This document shows, in pieces, positions 30,674 through 40,575 of a stretch of 45,142 nt of DNA (positions are counted from its first letter, which is position 1; the number at the start of each line of letters is the position of its first letter). A program made the position numbers and the translations under genes. Source of the stretch: Hormoscilla sp. (GTDB lineage: Bacteria > Cyanobacteriota > Cyanobacteriia > Cyanobacteriales > Desertifilaceae); the NCBI GenBank assembly GCA_051439505.1, contig JBFRWI010000214.1, positions 1 to 45,142 on the forward strand. The letters run 5' to 3'. Under the pieces are notes generated by a model that saw only the letters and a list, made by a program, of their open reading frames with translations, did not search any database and had not been told where the DNA came from.

Positions 30674-31920
30674 CCATGGGATGGTATTGTGAGAATAAAT
30701 TCTGTCATTTCTCCCAGTTTACTTTCTACTTGAATACTGCCTCGGTGCTGTCCGACAATGATATCATGGGTCAAGGATAACCCCAAGCCCGTGCCTTCTC
30801 CTGCCGGTTTAGTGGTAAAGAAGGGATTGAAGATGCGATCGCATATATCTGGTGCGATGCCAATGCCGTTATCGCGAATGCGTATTTCTACCTCTTCCCC
30901 CTGGTTAATGGTTTTTATCCACAGATGGGGGGTAAATGCTGATAAGACTTGTTTTTGTTTGGCCTGAACAGCATAACAAGCATTTTCAATGATATTAATA
31001 AAGGCGCGGAGCAGATCGGCAGACACCAAGGATAATTGACCAATAGATTCATCATAGTCAGTAGAGATTTTGATCTTGAAGTTCTGTTGGGAGGCCCGTC
31101 GGCTGTGATAAGCTAACTGCAAAGCTTGGGCTAAGAGAGCATTCAGGTCAGTCGGTTGGGGTTGACCGCTATCAGTCCGGGCGTGCTGCATCATACTGCC
31201 AATAATATTGGAGGCTCTTTGACTTTGCTGATTAATTGCCACTGAATTTTCTCGGACTTCATTTAATAGATATTCGATCTCGGATGATATTTCGGCAGAC
31301 CAGGGTTGTGATTGCTGGTCATATAGAGCAATTACTTCTTCGATTAACTCTACAGAGCCTTCGGCATAGTTCTGGACAAAATTGAGAGGATTTCTCAGTT
31401 CATGAGCTACCCCAGCGGTTAAAGCGCCAAGGGAGGCTAGTTTCTCTTGGGCGATAATTTGCTTTTGCGCGGCTTTAAGCTGTTCTAGAGTAGCAGAAAG
31501 CTGCTGATTCTGTCGTTCCAGTGTCTTAGTCAAAGAATGCAGTTTTAAGTGTACCATTACCCGGGCTAATACTTCTTCTGACTCAAAGGGTTTGGTGATG
31601 TAATCTACCGCCCCGAGAGATAAACCTTTAACTTTATCGCTGGGATTAGACATACCAGTCATGAAAATTATCGGGATGTTTTGCGTATCGGGATTTGCCT
31701 TCAGTAAATGGCAAGTTTCAAATCCGTCAATTCCGGGCATCTGTACGTCCAACAAGATCATCACTGGCTGTTCGTGCTTGATTATCTCGATCGCATTTTC
31801 CCCATCAATTGCCACCCGGAACTTCAATCCAGCGCTTTTCAAAAGCTTGGATAGGACTAACAAATTAGTCGGGACGTCATCGACAATTAAAATAAATTCA
31901 CTTTCTTTACTCTCTGTCAT
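30604..31920 (-). CDS. Hybrid REC-histidine kinase (C-terminus extended into a MITE)
   Basis: ILIVDD, DVQMPG, AGVAHELRNPLNF, NPFFTTKP and GTGLGL motifs. Start taken at MTESKE (31920). Confidence 0.92.
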   Translation of the reverse strand: MTESKESEFILIVDDVPTNLLVLSKLLKSAGLKFRVAIDGENAIEIIKHEQPVMILLDVQMPGIDGFETCHLLKANPDTQNIPIIFMTGMSNPSDKVKGLSLGAVDYITKPFESEEVLARVMVHLKLHSLTKTLERQNQQLSATLEQLKAAQKQIIAQEKLASLGALTAGVAHELRNPLNFVQNYAEGSVELIEEVIALYDQQSQPWSAEISSEIEYLLNEVRENSVAINQQSQRASNIIGSMMQHARTDSGQPQPTDLNALLAQALQLAYHSRRASQQNFKIKISTDYDESIGQLSLVSADLLRAFINIIENACYAVQAKQKQVLSAFTPHLWIKTINQGEEVEIRIRDNGIGIAPDICDRIFNPFFTTKPAGEGTGLGLSLTHDIIVGQHRGSIQVESKLGEMTEFILTIPSHGGVVKSSCKGSPPNPPFQKGGLP

Positions 31921-32423
31921 TTTTTTACACCCTTTTTGAGTATGATGAGATGATCTCGGACCACCATTCCCCGAAGCGATCGGTTCCGGGTGTGGTTCAC
32001 TTCCGGTGTTGGTTGTTGTTGCCAAAACCCGCGAAGGACAGTGGGTGCGGCCCACCCTACTTCTAAAATCCTAGCAATATACTACATATCATCCAAAAAG
32101 GGTGGGGCATCCCCTTCGGTGTGTAAGTACTCCGATGGGAGTAGAGAAGATCGGTCTATCCGTTAGAGTAACCAAGTTTGTCACGGAATGGATGTAATAT
32201 CAGACACAAATCCAGGATTTTTGGTCTCACAGAGCTGCTGGTTCGATGGCTGAGTGGGATGGCTAGGGTTGAAGACAAGGTATTTATATCACAAAGGAGG
32301 CAATTAGTCAAGCAGAGGATATCGGAGAAAGGGCACAGATGGGTAGAGATCGGATAGAATGCAGGAATCAAAAGCCAAGTGCACGTAGCTACAGCTTAAG
32401 GAGAGCGGAAGATAAATCGAAGA

Positions 32424-33392
32424 ATGACGAAAACAGCACTGATCGCGGGAATAACAGGTCAAGATGGCTATTATCTGAGCGAATTACTGTTGTCGAAAGG
32501 CTACCGGGTACTGGGGTTGGTGCCACCGGAACGACAAAGTAGCGTGGTAAAACTAGGTGCCCTGGCGAACCAGGTAGAGATTTATGCGGTAGACTTGACT
32601 GACAGTGGGGCCCTCAAAGAGGTGGTCGAACAGCGACATCCTGCGGAAATTTACAATCTGGCCGCGCCCAGTTTCGTGCCGGACTCGTGGAATGACCCCT
32701 TGGGAACGCTAGACTTAGTCACGGGTACTGCTACCAGGCTATTGGCAGCAGTGCGGGAGGTGGGTCTGGATACCCGCTTCTATCAAGCTAGCAGTTCGGA
32801 GATGTTTGGGGAAGTGGACCGATCGCCCCAGGACGAGAATACCCCCTTTCGGCCAAAGAATCCCTATGCAGCGGCGAAGTTACACGCCCACTGGACGATG
32901 GTCCATCACCGACAGCGCTATGGTTTGTTTGCTTGTAGCGGCATTTTGTACAATCATGAATCTCCCAGAAGACCTCCTAGCTTTGTCACCCGCAAGGTGT
33001 CCATGGCGGCGGCATCAATTAAGCTAGGGTTAAGCGAGGTACTGGAAATGGGCAGCCTGGATGCGAAACGAGACTGGGGCTATGCTGGCGATCATGTGGA
33101 AGCGATGTGGCGGATGCTGCAAGCTGATGTTCCAGAAGAATACGTGATTGGGACTGGGAAACTGCATACCGTGCGAGAATTGGTAGCGGCAGCTTTTGAT
33201 TGCGTGGGACTGGACTGGCAGCGCTATGTGGTAGTTAACCCGAAATTTTTGCGTAAGGACGAACATTTTCAGCTAGTGGCGGACCCTGGAAAAGCTAAAG
33301 GCCAACTGGGTTGGGAACCGCAAGTCAGCTTTGAGCAGTTGGTAGAAAAAATGGTGTTGCATGACTTGGAATGCTTGCAAACAAACCTATAG
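32424..33392 (+). CDS. gmd: GDP-mannose 4,6-dehydratase family protein
   Basis: GITGQDG, YQASSSEMFG, PYAAAK, LYNHESPRR and RDWG motifs. Confidence 0.88.
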   Translation: MTKTALIAGITGQDGYYLSELLLSKGYRVLGLVPPERQSSVVKLGALANQVEIYAVDLTDSGALKEVVEQRHPAEIYNLAAPSFVPDSWNDPLGTLDLVTGTATRLLAAVREVGLDTRFYQASSSEMFGEVDRSPQDENTPFRPKNPYAAAKLHAHWTMVHHRQRYGLFACSGILYNHESPRRPPSFVTRKVSMAAASIKLGLSEVLEMGSLDAKRDWGYAGDHVEAMWRMLQADVPEEYVIGTGKLHTVRELVAAAFDCVGLDWQRYVVVNPKFLRKDEHFQLVADPGKAKGQLGWEPQVSFEQLVEKMVLHDLECLQTNL

Positions 33393-33446
33393 AATTGTTG
33401 AAAATTGTCAATTGTGAATGGGGATGGGGTAATAGCAATAGCAAAA

Positions 33447-34574
33447 ATGAAGGATATATTCGTTTTTATCGAAGTTTTTGCAGGGGAAGGTGGCATTCAA
33501 TCCTACGTCAAGGACATTCTCAGGGCTTATATTTCTTTAGCATCCCAAAGCGGTCTGACTGCGGAAGTGCTGATCTTACGGGATCCAGCTATGAGCCCAA
33601 ATCCTTTTGAGGGCAATGGATGTATGGACTTTCATTACTGCAAAACCGATCCGCGCTGGCTGAGTCGCATTCGGCTAGCGATCGCCTTGCTAGGAAGTAT
33701 ACTGTGGGAACGTCCCCGGCGGGTTTTCTGCGGTCATATCAACCTGGCACCCCTAGTAGAATTGTTCTGCAAGCCTCTGGGAATTCCCTACATCGTTCTG
33801 ACTTACGGTAAGGAGGTTTGGGAACCCCTGACTCCCAGATACCAAAGGGCGTTAAAGGATGCAGCCTCTGTATGGACTATTAGTCGTTATAGCCGCGATC
33901 GGGCACGTAAAGCAAATGGTCTTAACCCCTCAGTATTCCAATTTTTACCCTGCGCTGTGGATGGGGATGCATTTACCCCTGGTCCTAAATCCCAGGCTTT
34001 GGTAGAAAAGTATAATCTGGCAGGATCTCGGGTGTTAATGACTGTGGCGCGGCTGTGGTCCGGTGATATCTACAAGGGGGTGGATGTCACTATTCGTGCT
34101 TTACCAAAAGTAGTACAAGTATTTCCCGAAGTCAAGTATTTAGTCATCGGACGGGGGGACGATCGACCTCGGTTAGAAAAATTGGCTCGGGATTTGGGGG
34201 TGGGCGATCGGGTAATATTTGCGGGTTTTGTGCCCACAGAAGAGTTAGTAGACCATTACCGCTTAGCGGATGCCTACATAATGCCATCCCAGGAAGGATT
34301 TGGGATCGTGTACTTGGAGGCAATGGCTTGCAGGGTGCCGGTGCTAGCCGGTGATGGGGATGGTTCGGCTGACCCCTTGCAGGATGGACGCCTGGGCTGG
34401 CAGGTGCCTCACCGGGACCCGGAAGCGGTGGCGGCGGCTTGTATCCAAATCCTTAAAGGTGGGGATATCCGCTGCGATGGGGAATGGTTGCGACAAGAGG
34501 CGATCGGGGCCTTTGGGAAAGGGGCCTTCACCAAGGGATTAGCAGAACTACTCGATTTGAACAAATCTGGCTAG
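33447..34574 (+). CDS. Glycosyltransferase family 4
   Basis: GGIQSY, VARL...YKGVD and EGFGIVYLEAMAC motifs. Confidence 0.92.
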   Translation: MKDIFVFIEVFAGEGGIQSYVKDILRAYISLASQSGLTAEVLILRDPAMSPNPFEGNGCMDFHYCKTDPRWLSRIRLAIALLGSILWERPRRVFCGHINLAPLVELFCKPLGIPYIVLTYGKEVWEPLTPRYQRALKDAASVWTISRYSRDRARKANGLNPSVFQFLPCAVDGDAFTPGPKSQALVEKYNLAGSRVLMTVARLWSGDIYKGVDVTIRALPKVVQVFPEVKYLVIGRGDDRPRLEKLARDLGVGDRVIFAGFVPTEELVDHYRLADAYIMPSQEGFGIVYLEAMACRVPVLAGDGDGSADPLQDGRLGWQVPHRDPEAVAAACIQILKGGDIRCDGEWLRQEAIGAFGKGAFTKGLAELLDLNKSG

Positions 34575-34616
34575 GATAGAAATAGTTGAAGATGCATTAC
34601 CCCAAAGGAGAAGATC

Positions 34617-35000
34617 GTGAACCGAGACGGCTTCAAAAATATTCAATTCAATCTTTCTGGCCTTGGCTTTTGGCTTGCCGTCTTTGGGGTGTTTTGGTTA
34701 CTGAGTGCCGTTGGTCTGGGCTGGTTGGTCAACTCATTCTTGATTTTAATCGCCTTGGTTTCCATTTCCCCGATAATTTTGTTTCTGGGGGCCCGCTGGT
34801 GGCTGAAACGCAACCTGATATCGGATGGGTGCCCCGTTTGCGGCCATGAATTCATGGCGTTGAATCGGACTCAGTGCCAGTGCCCTAACTGTGGGGAACC
34901 TCTCCTGGTGGAAAAAGGCGGTTTTAGTCGCCTGACCCCTAGCGGCACAATAGATGTAGATGCTGTTGATGTCTCAGTTAAACGGCTGGAGGATTCGTAG
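34617..35000 (+). CDS. Hypothetical membrane protein with a CxxC-CxxC zinc ribbon
   Basis: GTG start after GGAG, two TM segments, CPVCG...CPNCGE, C-terminal TIDVDAVDV. Confidence 0.85.
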   Translation: MNRDGFKNIQFNLSGLGFWLAVFGVFWLLSAVGLGWLVNSFLILIALVSISPIILFLGARWWLKRNLISDGCPVCGHEFMALNRTQCQCPNCGEPLLVEKGGFSRLTPSGTIDVDAVDVSVKRLEDS

Positions 35001-35053
35001 GACGGGCGGATCGCCTGTCCGTCAGAGGCGTAGGACGGGCGTCTCGCCTGTCC
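34997..35053 (+). repeat. Two tandem GTAGGACGGGCG...CGCCTGTCC REP hairpins
   Basis: GTAG-headed short palindromes. The first overlaps the upstream TAG stop. Confidence 0.75.
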
Positions 35054-35069
35054 GGAGGTCCGGAGGTTG

Positions 35070-35253
35070 TCAGTTGTCAAATGCCAAGTCTGTCTCTACT
35101 TCGTAATATTGCTCGATCGCCTCTTGAATACGTTCGGAAAGTCAGACCGCCGGGGGTTCAAACCCCCGGTTAATAGTTAAAGGCGGTAATGTGCAACGCC
35201 AGATTTCGCTTGTGTATGAGATCCAGGCATACTCGGTACAGAAGCAACTAAGT
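35070..35253 (-). pseudogene. Degenerate second hicB copy interrupted by a REP element
   Basis: The minus strand gives LVASVPSMPGSHTQAKS, then the insert, then LSERIQEAIEQYYEVETDLA, matching the neighbouring HicB. Confidence 0.8.
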
Positions 35254-35264
35254 TCTGCTAATCT

Positions 35265-35489
35265 TCACAACAGCACCCTGAATTCCTCACGATTCATCTC
35301 GCAATCGCGCATGATCTGTGCAAGCAAACCAGCACCAATTGTTTCACCAGCGTGTACAGGAACAATAGTCCGACGCCCATCACTATGGATTAGAATATGG
35401 TGAGATCCGCGAACCCTTGCGACTTCAAAACCTACTTTACGAAGGGCTGCAATCACCTCGCGACCGGTCAAACTCGGTAGTTTAGTCAT
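35265..35489 (-). CDS. hicA: HicA family toxin
   Basis: LRKVGF..RVRGSHHIL.HSDGRRTIVPVH pattern. Confidence 0.92.
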   Translation of the reverse strand: MTKLPSLTGREVIAALRKVGFEVARVRGSHHILIHSDGRRTIVPVHAGETIGAGLLAQIMRDCEMNREEFRVLL

Positions 35490-35701
35490 ACTTCAACGGA
35501 AATTCTCTGAACGCCAACAAAGTCGAGAGACTCTGCTAAGTCTCCCTCTACTTCTAAATAAAGCTCGATCGCCTCTTGAATACGTTCCATAAGTTGATCT
35601 AAAGACTTTGCTTGTGTATGACATCCAGGCAGACTTGGCACAGAAGCAACTAAGTAGCCTTCAGAATCCTTCTCGATGATCACGTTAAATTTTCTGTTCA
35701 T
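35486..35701 (-). CDS. hicB: HicB family antitoxin (short form)
   Basis: FNVIIEKDSEGYLVASVPSLPGCHTQAKS; ATGA overlap with hicA. Confidence 0.92.
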   Translation of the reverse strand: MNRKFNVIIEKDSEGYLVASVPSLPGCHTQAKSLDQLMERIQEAIELYLEVEGDLAESLDFVGVQRISVEV

Positions 35702-35729
35702 CTTGACACTTGCTCCTTCACACTGAATT

Positions 35730-36152
35730 TTATTGGGAAGAGATGGACAGGGTATAGTCTTGAGGGCCGGACGCCCGATCGCCTATATAAATTGAGTAGG
35801 TCCCCTGGGGCCAATATCCGGGAACTTCTATCTTACCCCCAGAGAAACCGTCCGCCATCAGGCAGGGGATGCTATTGGGGCCGTCAATCTTGAGGATTGG
35901 TTGACCAGAACTTTGGACAATAAAACCCATTGAACTAATGTCTTGGGTAAGCTGGACGACAATATTAGGCTCTGAATTAAGGTTAGCACAGTTATTACTG
36001 CTCGATCCTGTAGATATCCCCCTAGTAAGTTCTAGTGGATCTGGTTGAAAATTGGGCAGGACTTGCACGACTTTTGGGTTCCCCCGGGCGGCAGTAACGA
36101 ACATCATTGCCGCTATTGTGGTTAAAATTATCCCAGAACGTATCTTCATCAT
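35730..36152 (-). CDS. Hypothetical secreted protein
   Basis: Signal peptide-like N-terminus and a beta-rich body with WPQGTYSIYIG. Confidence 0.75.
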   Translation of the reverse strand: MMKIRSGIILTTIAAMMFVTAARGNPKVVQVLPNFQPDPLELTRGISTGSSSNNCANLNSEPNIVVQLTQDISSMGFIVQSSGQPILKIDGPNSIPCLMADGFSGGKIEVPGYWPQGTYSIYIGDRASGPQDYTLSISSQ

Positions 36153-36368
36153 AGCTTTATTCCTCTTACTTGTCTAACGCACCCTGTTTGAGGTATCTTC
36201 TATATTCTCAGATGGATTCTAATTGCGGTTTGTTTCCTTGTTGGGTGCGTTAAGCAATTCAAAATTCAAAATTCATAATTCAAAATTGGGAAAATATTTG
36301 AGAGCAAAGGTTTCAGCATTTGGCTCTATGCAATTTAAATGCGCGACTGCTTAGTGCCAATGGGTTCT

Positions 36369-36905
36369 TTAACTGATTAGAGGTTCTAATGCTTGGGCGA
36401 TCGCCTGTCGCTGTTCGTCATCGTAACCCCAGCGTGACAAAAATTCTTGGTAACTGCCATTGCCTGTGGTGGCGCTGGCATATAACTGCTGCGATCGCTC
36501 TTGCACCTCCGGCAACTGTAATAGTTTAATTATCTTCGCACTGCGCGATCGCACTCTTTGGGAACTGGCGGCCATCTCCTCGTCTTGATTCCGTTGATGA
36601 GTAATGCTCATTGCTGTTGACATGGCGATATTTTTTACCATTAAATCGGATATGGTTCCCGTATTCTGACGTAAAGCCTCAATCACCGCAGGAGTCGGAT
36701 TATCTGCAAAAGGTCGCTCGTCTGTTAAATAAGTTACAAAGAAACCGCGAGCACCAGGTAAGGTGCTGACTAGAGATGCGATCGCATTTTGGATCTTTGG
36801 TTCTGATAATTTACCCTGTTCAAGCTGGGCAAGTAAAGTCTGGGTGAGGGCGATCGCATCTTCAAAGGTGACGTTGTCGGGGATGGTCAAAGTAGAATTA
36901 GACAT
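36369..36905 (-). CDS. Conserved hypothetical protein
   Basis: 178-aa ORF with GARGFFVTYLT and FLSRWGYD motifs. Confidence 0.8.
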   Translation of the reverse strand: MSNSTLTIPDNVTFEDAIALTQTLLAQLEQGKLSEPKIQNAIASLVSTLPGARGFFVTYLTDERPFADNPTPAVIEALRQNTGTISDLMVKNIAMSTAMSITHQRNQDEEMAASSQRVRSRSAKIIKLLQLPEVQERSQQLYASATTGNGSYQEFLSRWGYDDEQRQAIAQALEPLIS

Positions 36906-37009
36906 TGTAGTTTAAGCTAGATCTGGTATATTTGTATTGTAACCCAAGTTGCAACGAGATAGAATATCTGAATCTATCTAGCTGCTGGTCTGTAGATAGC
37001 AACTTAAAT

Positions 37010-37160
37010 TATAGCAGTTCTCAAATTACTGTGATATGCTGTTGGGGAGATTGCTTCGGGGGGGGGTTGACTCATAAAAGATAAGTTGAGGGCTACGTCC
37101 CCCCCCTCGCAATGACAAATGATAAGTTGGCTGTAACACATCAATTTGAGAAACGAGATA
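37010..37160. mobile_element. Second copy of the TATAGC-ended MITE-like element
   Basis: Collinear with 7763-7912 and followed by (ACTACGA)n heptamers up to ~37192. Confidence 0.65.
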
Positions 37161-37200
37161 ACTACGAACTACGAACTACGAACTACGAACTATTATAATC

Positions 37201-38319
37201 ATGGCAATCCAATCTTCTTACCAACAGTCTGGCAAACCGAAAGAGCGCAAGGGGAAGACGGATAAAAAGAAACCGCCCGGTAATGACGAATCACAGCTCT
37301 TACAGCCGGAAGCCCAGGTAGAGGAGACGGAAAAGCAGGAAGAAAAACTGCGCCCCCATCAACTAGCTGACTATATTGGCCAAACTGAACTTAAGGATAT
37401 TCTCAATATTGCCATGGAAGCAGCTAAAGGGAGAAAGGAAAGTCTGGATCACCTGCTGCTTTACGGTCCGCCGGGTTTGGGCAAAACTACTATGTCTTTG
37501 ATTATTGCTTCGGAAATGGGTGTGAATTGCAAAATTACGGCGGCACCCGCTTTGGAACGTCCCCGGGATATTGTAGGTTTGCTGGTGGGTTTGCAACCTG
37601 GTGACGTGCTGTTTGTGGATGAAATTCATCGCCTGTCCCGGGTAACTGAGGAACTGCTTTACCCGGCCATGGAGGATTTTCGCTTACAAATTACTATTGG
37701 TAAGGGGAAATCTGCGAAAACTCGTACTATTCCTCTGAAACCTTTTACTCTCGTGGGGGCGACGACTCGCGTGGGGGCCCTGACTTCTCCTTTGCGCGAT
37801 CGCTTCGGTTTGCTGCACCGACTGCGGTTCTACGATCTGGATGAACTGACTCAGATTGTACTGAGAACTGCTAATATTTTGCAAGCTGGGATTACCCCCG
37901 AGGGGGCTACGGAAATTGCCCGTCGCGCCCGGGGTACTCCCCGCATTGCTAACCGCCTCTTGAGACGAGTGCGAGATTATGTCCAGGTTAAAGCTAGTTT
38001 ACCTATTACTCGGGAACTGGCTGCTGAGGCTTTAGAAATGTACAATGTTGACTCTTGCGGTCTGGACTGGACGGACAGACTGATTCTGACGACGATGATT
38101 GAAAATTTTCATGGCGGACCCGTGGGTTTAGAAACTTTATCGGCGGCAATAGGAGAAGATGCCCATAATATAGAGGAGGTTTACGAACCTTATCTGTTGC
38201 AGATTGGCTTCTTGCAGCGGACTCACCGAGGACGTGTGGCAACTGCCGCTGCTTGGGCACATTTGGGTTACGATCGTCCAAATCAATTACCGTTATTCAC
38301 CATTAATTATTCGCAATGA
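37201..38319 (+). CDS. ruvB: Holliday junction branch migration helicase RuvB
   Basis: LRP...[26 protein letters not shown] and [16 protein letters not shown] motifs. Confidence 0.98.
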   Translation: MAIQSSYQQSGKPKERKGKTDKKKPPGNDESQLLQPEAQVEETEKQEEKLRPHQLADYIGQTELKDILNIAMEAAKGRKESLDHLLLYGPPGLGKTTMSLIIASEMGVNCKITAAPALERPRDIVGLLVGLQPGDVLFVDEIHRLSRVTEELLYPAMEDFRLQITIGKGKSAKTRTIPLKPFTLVGATTRVGALTSPLRDRFGLLHRLRFYDLDELTQIVLRTANILQAGITPEGATEIARRARGTPRIANRLLRRVRDYVQVKASLPITRELAAEALEMYNVDSCGLDWTDRLILTTMIENFHGGPVGLETLSAAIGEDAHNIEEVYEPYLLQIGFLQRTHRGRVATAAAWAHLGYDRPNQLPLFTINYSQ

Positions 38320-39113
38320 AACGTTTACTGCTGACAATTTTCACGATTTTTCTGGTCTGGGGATTGACCGGGCAAGTTACATTTGCTCAGTCTAGCATAT
38401 CTCCATCCCAATTTACCCAACTCAATGCCTTAAATGAAAAAGCTTTTGGGGCGATCGAACAGTCAGATTTGGCCCAGGCGGAGCTATATTTGACCCAGAT
38501 GCTGGAAATAGCCCCAGATAACCCAGCTATTTTGAGTAACCGTGGGAATATCCGCCTCAGTCAGAATAAGTTAGATGAGGCACTGGCTGATTATAACAAG
38601 GCTGTGGAATTAGCACCCAATGTTACGGACCCTTATCTGAATCGTGGGATCGCTTGGGAAGCTTTGGGTATGTGGCAAAAGGCGATCGGGGATTACGATC
38701 GGGTGCTGGAACTGGACCCTAAGGATGCGGAGGCATATAATAACCGGGGCAATGCGAAAAGCGGATTGGGTGATTGGCCCGGTGCAGTGGCCGATTTCCA
38801 AAAAGCCTTTGAGTTAGATCCTGATTATGCCTTTGCCCGGGCCAATTACGCCCTAGCATTGTATCAAGTCGGGAAACAAAAAGAGGCGACGCGCACCATG
38901 CGGAACATAGTGAGAAAATATCCGCAGTTTGCCGATCTCCGGGCCGCCTTAACAGCGGTACTTTGGGCAGAAGGTAAAGTAGGGGAAGCTGAAAGTAACT
39001 GGGTGGCAGTTATGGGGCTGGATAACCGCTATCAAGATATAGATTGGGTGCGCAATGTTCGGCGCTGGCCTCCTGCAATGGTGGATGCCCTGGAACAGTT
39101 CCTCAATTTGTGA
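38316..39113 (+). CDS. Tetratricopeptide repeat protein
   Basis: Signal-like N-terminus and several TPR units (YLNRG, YNNRG); overlaps the ruvB stop. Confidence 0.92.
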   Translation: MKRLLLTIFTIFLVWGLTGQVTFAQSSISPSQFTQLNALNEKAFGAIEQSDLAQAELYLTQMLEIAPDNPAILSNRGNIRLSQNKLDEALADYNKAVELAPNVTDPYLNRGIAWEALGMWQKAIGDYDRVLELDPKDAEAYNNRGNAKSGLGDWPGAVADFQKAFELDPDYAFARANYALALYQVGKQKEATRTMRNIVRKYPQFADLRAALTAVLWAEGKVGEAESNWVAVMGLDNRYQDIDWVRNVRRWPPAMVDALEQFLNL

Positions 39114-39150
39114 TAACTGAGATCTTGCACCATTCTCGATTAGCCTCATG

Positions 39151-39210
39151 GCCCGCCGGGGGTTCAAACCCCCGGCTAATAGCTAAAGTCGGTTGAAAAC
39201 CGACTAAAAA
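39151..39210. repeat. Double-hairpin REP (reverse complement of 427-485)
   Basis: GCCCGCCGGGGGTTCAAACCCCCGGCTAATAGCTAAAGTCGGTTGAAAACCGACTAAAA. Confidence 0.85.
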
Positions 39211-39267
39211 CGTAGAACCTGTGAACGAGATAAACGAGAGTTAGAGAGATTAAAATGGGATAAGTTG

Positions 39268-39520
39268 ATGAGCAATTTACAAACCCAAATACCCAGGCAT
39301 ACATGGGTGACAACTTCTTGGGAAGAATACATCCAGGTTATTGATTCAGAAGAGGTTGATGAAAAAACCAAGTGCTACTATCACCAAGGAGAACTGAGAA
39401 TTGAAATGTCACCTGTAGGTCATGACCATTCCTGCGCTCACGCGATTATCTCTTTGGCGGTCAATTTGTTTGGCATCATCAAAGGCATTCCGCTTAAAGG
39501 TTTAATTATCTGTAGTTACC
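39268..39520 (+). pseudogene. Truncated Uma2 family endonuclease (N-terminal part only)
   Basis: W...SWEEY...KCYYHQGELRIEMSPVGHDH pattern. Similarity ends at ~39520, where a CCCCGATCGC repeat block begins. Confidence 0.8.
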
Positions 39521-39543
39521 CCCCACCCCGATCGCATCGGACC

Positions 39544-39605
39544 GGTGTACAGCCTATTTGACATTTTCATCCTTTACCGAAACTTCTTTGATGCCGTACC
39601 GCTAC
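39544..39605 (-). repeat. Array repeat, inverted divergent copy
   Basis: The minus strand reads GTAGCGGTACGGCATCAAAGAAGTTTCGGT...AAATGTCA...GCTGTACACC. Confidence 0.75.
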
Positions 39606-39704
39606 AACCGGTATTCTATTATACCTGTTTTTTGGCCGCCGTCACCCCGATCGCCCCCTACACCGAGACTCTGTGGTGGCGCGATCGCTTGCATTTACCG
39701 TGCT

Positions 39705-39827
39705 TTATAATTGCGATATCAGCTTATCATAATCAGCGTGGGAACCTATCCAAAACAAAATCATGCAGTCTTCTTCTTTAACGCCAACCGCTCGCCACCC
39801 TAAAGCAACTCTGACTGAATAAGTAGT
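39705..39827 (-). pseudogene. C-terminal remnant of a RelE/ParE-like toxin
   Basis: Reads YSVRVALGWRAVGVKEEDCMILFWIGSHADYDKLISQL* with no start codon; the N-terminal half is missing. Confidence 0.75.
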
Positions 39828-40038
39828 CTAAAATTGTAATGCTTTGGTTTTGCCTTGTTTTAATTCTGCCAATGCTTCATCCGCTAGTTGCGCAAGTTGC
39901 GGTTGGGAATTGGCAAAGGCTTCACTCCACCGCTTTTCTGATGCAATTTCTTCTAAAATTAGGATGGCGATCGCCGGAATGTTCTTCTGGTGGTAGTCCA
40001 GACATGGCCGCGATCGCTTCTTCTAGTAATCTGGTCAT
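39828..40038 (-). pseudogene. Frameshifted small antitoxin-like gene
   Basis: MTRLLEEAIAAMSGLPPEE, then a shift near 39975, then AIAILILEEIASEKRWSEAFANSQPQLAQLADEALAELKQGKTKALQF*. Confidence 0.75.
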
Positions 40039-40177
40039 TGGTCACTCTCCGGAAATATTTGACTATCGCTTTCTTTATTTATTCTACTACACCGTCCGCC
40101 CCTTCACTCGCCTGCCCCCCTGATCGCCCCCCACCCCGATCGCCCCTTTGCCGCGTTAATCACCCTGTAAGACACCG

Positions 40178-40335
40178 GTAGGGGCACGGCATCCGAAAAT
40201 TATCGGTTTATTGCAAATGTTACTGTCGCCGTGCCCCCGATCGCATCCCCATGTTTGCCCGATCGCATCGGACCGGGGCACGGCAATTTTACATTTTTAT
40301 CGTCACCGAAACTTCGAGAAATGCCGTCGCACTTA
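40178..40335. repeat. Array repeat doublet: forward copy 40178-40237 plus inverted copy 40275-40335
   Basis: GTAGGGGCACGGCATCCGAAAATTATCGGTTTATTGCAAATGTTACTGTCGCCGTGCCCC followed by an inverted degenerate copy. Confidence 0.9.
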
Positions 40336-40575
40336 TACCGCTTCTTCCAGAACTCTAGCATGCAAAACCTGATTAGCATTTAACAGTTGAATTTGCGAGG
40401 AGGCTACCGTAACCACGGCAATAGTTTCTCCTATGGCATTAAACACCTCCAGACTGTAGCCATCTTCAGGAGATGCTGGGTGATGTTCTACAATTGTCGC
40501 TACATCTCCACGACGCAATTTATACTCAGGGATATCCTCTTGTAATGTTACCATCTTAAACATTTCTAAAGCCAT
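40333..40575 (-). CDS. DUF4926 domain protein (putative antitoxin/immunity)
   Basis: VTL.EDIPEYKLRRGDVATIVE...GYSLEVFNAIGETIAVVTV pattern. Confidence 0.85.
   Translation of the reverse strand: MALEMFKMVTLQEDIPEYKLRRGDVATIVEHHPASPEDGYSLEVFNAIGETIAVVTVASSQIQLLNANQVLHARVLEEAV

Noticed and set aside
31921..32055. N-terminal extension of the histidine kinase given in the ORF track
   Set aside because: It starts inside a GTAGGGTGGGC REP and is low-complexity. The receiver domain begins right after ATG 31920.
36250..36355. Possible further MITE with TAAGCA...TGCTTA ends and CAAAATT heptamers
   Set aside because: Single copy in the window with only short terminal complementarity, which is not enough to call.
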